A stretch of 44,150 bases of DNA from a virus (lineage: Duplodnaviria; Heunggongvirae; Uroviricota; Caudoviricetes): the IMG/VR virus record IMGVR_UViG_3300005758_000043; one strand, written 5' to 3'. This document shows positions 42,962-44,150 of the stretch, piece after piece (position 1 is the first letter of the stretch; each line of letters begins with the position of its first letter). The notes under the pieces were generated by a model that saw nothing but the letters and a program-made list of their open reading frames with translations, did not search any database and was not told the origin of the DNA. The position numbers were made by a program, and so were the translations under genes.

Positions 42962-44068
42962 ATGGCACGAAACAGAGTAATTTATCAATCTGAAGGTCTT
43001 TATGTAAGTAAAGAATACAATTCTACTGGCAGTGGAGATCACTTCCAACTCAAGAGAGTTCAATCCGCTAATTACAATTTCAACATTGCTCGTCAAGATG
43101 TTAACCAATATGGGCAACTTGCTCGTATCGACTCTATTGTTCTTGAGACTCCAACTGTTGGTCTTGATTTTACCTATTATGTAACTGATGGTAAAAACGA
43201 AAGAGCGCTTGGTTTCTACGTTCAAACTGGTGGCGCATCTTCTGGACAATTCCCATCTGGTCACGTTCAAGACGGAACAGGCCGCAATTTCTATATTGTT
43301 ACCACTTCCGAAGGTTCTGACCTTAATGCTGAAGCAAATCTTAGCGGAAAGTCAGCAATTGGAGTTGGTAATGCATATTTGACTAATTATACTCTTGATC
43401 TTGCTGTTGGTAGTATTCCTACTGCATCTGTAAGTTTCGAAGGTTCTAATATGAACGCTTTCAATATTGCAGCGGGCAATAGCGGTTCTGGCGCAGGCGT
43501 TGTTCCTCAATCTGGAACATCTATTGGTCTTGGAGTTATTTTGCCAAATTCTGCTAACCAAACTGGAGCGGCTGTTGACGGCACAATTTCGGCTCTTCGA
43601 CCTGGTGACGTAACTGTTTCTTTCGGTGGGTTCACTGGAACTGGTGTTGGAGGATTTACTTCTCTTACTGATTTGCACATTCAAAGCGCAAGCCTTGCTC
43701 TTCCTCTTGGAAGAACTCCAATTCAACAACTTGGCACCAAGTTCGCGTTTGCAAGAACAGTTGACTTCCCAATTGTTTCTACTCTTACCCTTAATGGTAT
43801 TCAATCTGAAACTTCTCAAGGAAGCTTGATTGATCTCGTTCAAAATAATCCAAAGAATGATATCACCATTAGCGTTAAGCAACCTGGAACAAATAATGTC
43901 GCTATTACTTATACCATTACTAACGCTCAGTTAGACTCAGTTGGTTTCTCAAGCTCTATCGGTTCCAATAAGACTGTTGACTTGACATTCTCAACTCAAA
44001 TTGGTGGTGCTAACGATGCTGTTAACGGTATTAGAGTAAGCGGTTCTTATACAGGAAGCCCTTTTTAA
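42962..44068 (+). CDS. major tail tube protein
   Basis: A Gly/Ser/Thr-rich beta protein with internally duplicated halves (RVQSANY..RQDVNQYG; HIQSASL..RTPIQQLG). It has two paralogues next to the tape measure gene and sits in a typical neck-tube gene order. Confidence 0.7.
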   Translation: MARNRVIYQSEGLYVSKEYNSTGSGDHFQLKRVQSANYNFNIARQDVNQYGQLARIDSIVLETPTVGLDFTYYVTDGKNERALGFYVQTGGASSGQFPSGHVQDGTGRNFYIVTTSEGSDLNAEANLSGKSAIGVGNAYLTNYTLDLAVGSIPTASVSFEGSNMNAFNIAAGNSGSGAGVVPQSGTSIGLGVILPNSANQTGAAVDGTISALRPGDVTVSFGGFTGTGVGGFTSLTDLHIQSASLALPLGRTPIQQLGTKFAFARTVDFPIVSTLTLNGIQSETSQGSLIDLVQNNPKNDITISVKQPGTNNVAITYTITNAQLDSVGFSSSIGSNKTVDLTFSTQIGGANDAVNGIRVSGSYTGSPF

Positions 44069-44136
44069 TTAGCCCCTCTGAACCAAGTTTTTATGCTGAA
44101 TTTGGTATTTATGGAGCTTTTGCTCCGTCAGTTTAA
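44059..44136 (+). other. candidate -1 ribosomal frameshift site and hidden C-terminal extension of the tube protein
   Basis: The heptamer C-CCT-TTT (44059-44065) directly precedes TAA. The -1 frame reads LISPSEPSFYAEFGIYGAFAPSV* to 44136 and resembles the C-terminus of the 390-aa paralogue. Confidence 0.7.
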
Positions 44137-44150
44137 ATAAATATATAAGG

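Noticed and set aside
373-43882. The many 60-176 aa ORFs nested in or antisense to long genes (e.g. 43352..43882, 7506..7850, 19265..19588, 42833..43270)
   Set aside because: They overlap well-supported genes completely, show no recognisable motifs and are the expected shadow ORFs of real coding sequence.
44111-44128. Hairpin GGAGC-TTTT-GCTCC as frameshift stimulator or terminator
   Set aside because: It lies ~45 nt past the slippery site, too far for a classical stimulator. The stem is short, it has no clean U tract, and it coincides with the GAFAP codons, so it may be incidental.
1-44150. tRNA, rRNA or other structured RNA genes
   Set aside because: Intergenic gaps are mostly under 60 bp and no cloverleaf or T-loop (GTTCGA-type) context was recognised. 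A tRNAscan/Infernal run would be needed to exclude them formally.

Overview
A 44-kb, AT-rich, densely packed segment of a large tailed dsDNA phage (Caudoviricetes, probably with a long non-contractile tail). It is not a bacterial chromosome, even though it carries bacterial-type dnaE, dnaB, recA, ssb, clp and gmd genes. From left to right: (1) the 3' end of a repeat/beta-propeller virion protein; (2) a long minus-strand replication block with an APH-like kinase fold, a ClpA/C-type ATPase, DNA polymerase III alpha split into separate PHP, DEDDh exonuclease and DnaE-core genes, a Cas4/RecB-like nuclease, a primase, DnaB, an endonuclease and RecA; (3) a sugar-modification island (Gmd, nucleotidyltransferase, glycosyltransferases, methyltransferase); (4) a class I ribonucleotide reductase whose beta subunit has class Id-like ligand spacing; (5) a divergent plus-strand operon (dUTPase, dNMP kinase, sigma factor, SSB, glycosyltransferase); (6) a tail module. 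Two observations stand out. First, the 3132-aa tape measure protein contains enzyme-like cassettes (protein kinase fold, PD-(D/E)xK-like, GNAT-like), each bracketed by a repeated A-x-G-[FYL]-[ILVM]-P-N-[FY]-A linker, plus a SleB-like hydrolase, which suggests a virion-delivered modular effector array. Second, a C-CCU-UUU -1 slippery site at the tail tube stop codon opens a hidden extension that is homologous to the native C-terminus (GAFAP motif) of a tube paralogue. All family assignments come from motif recognition by eye; no database searches were run.
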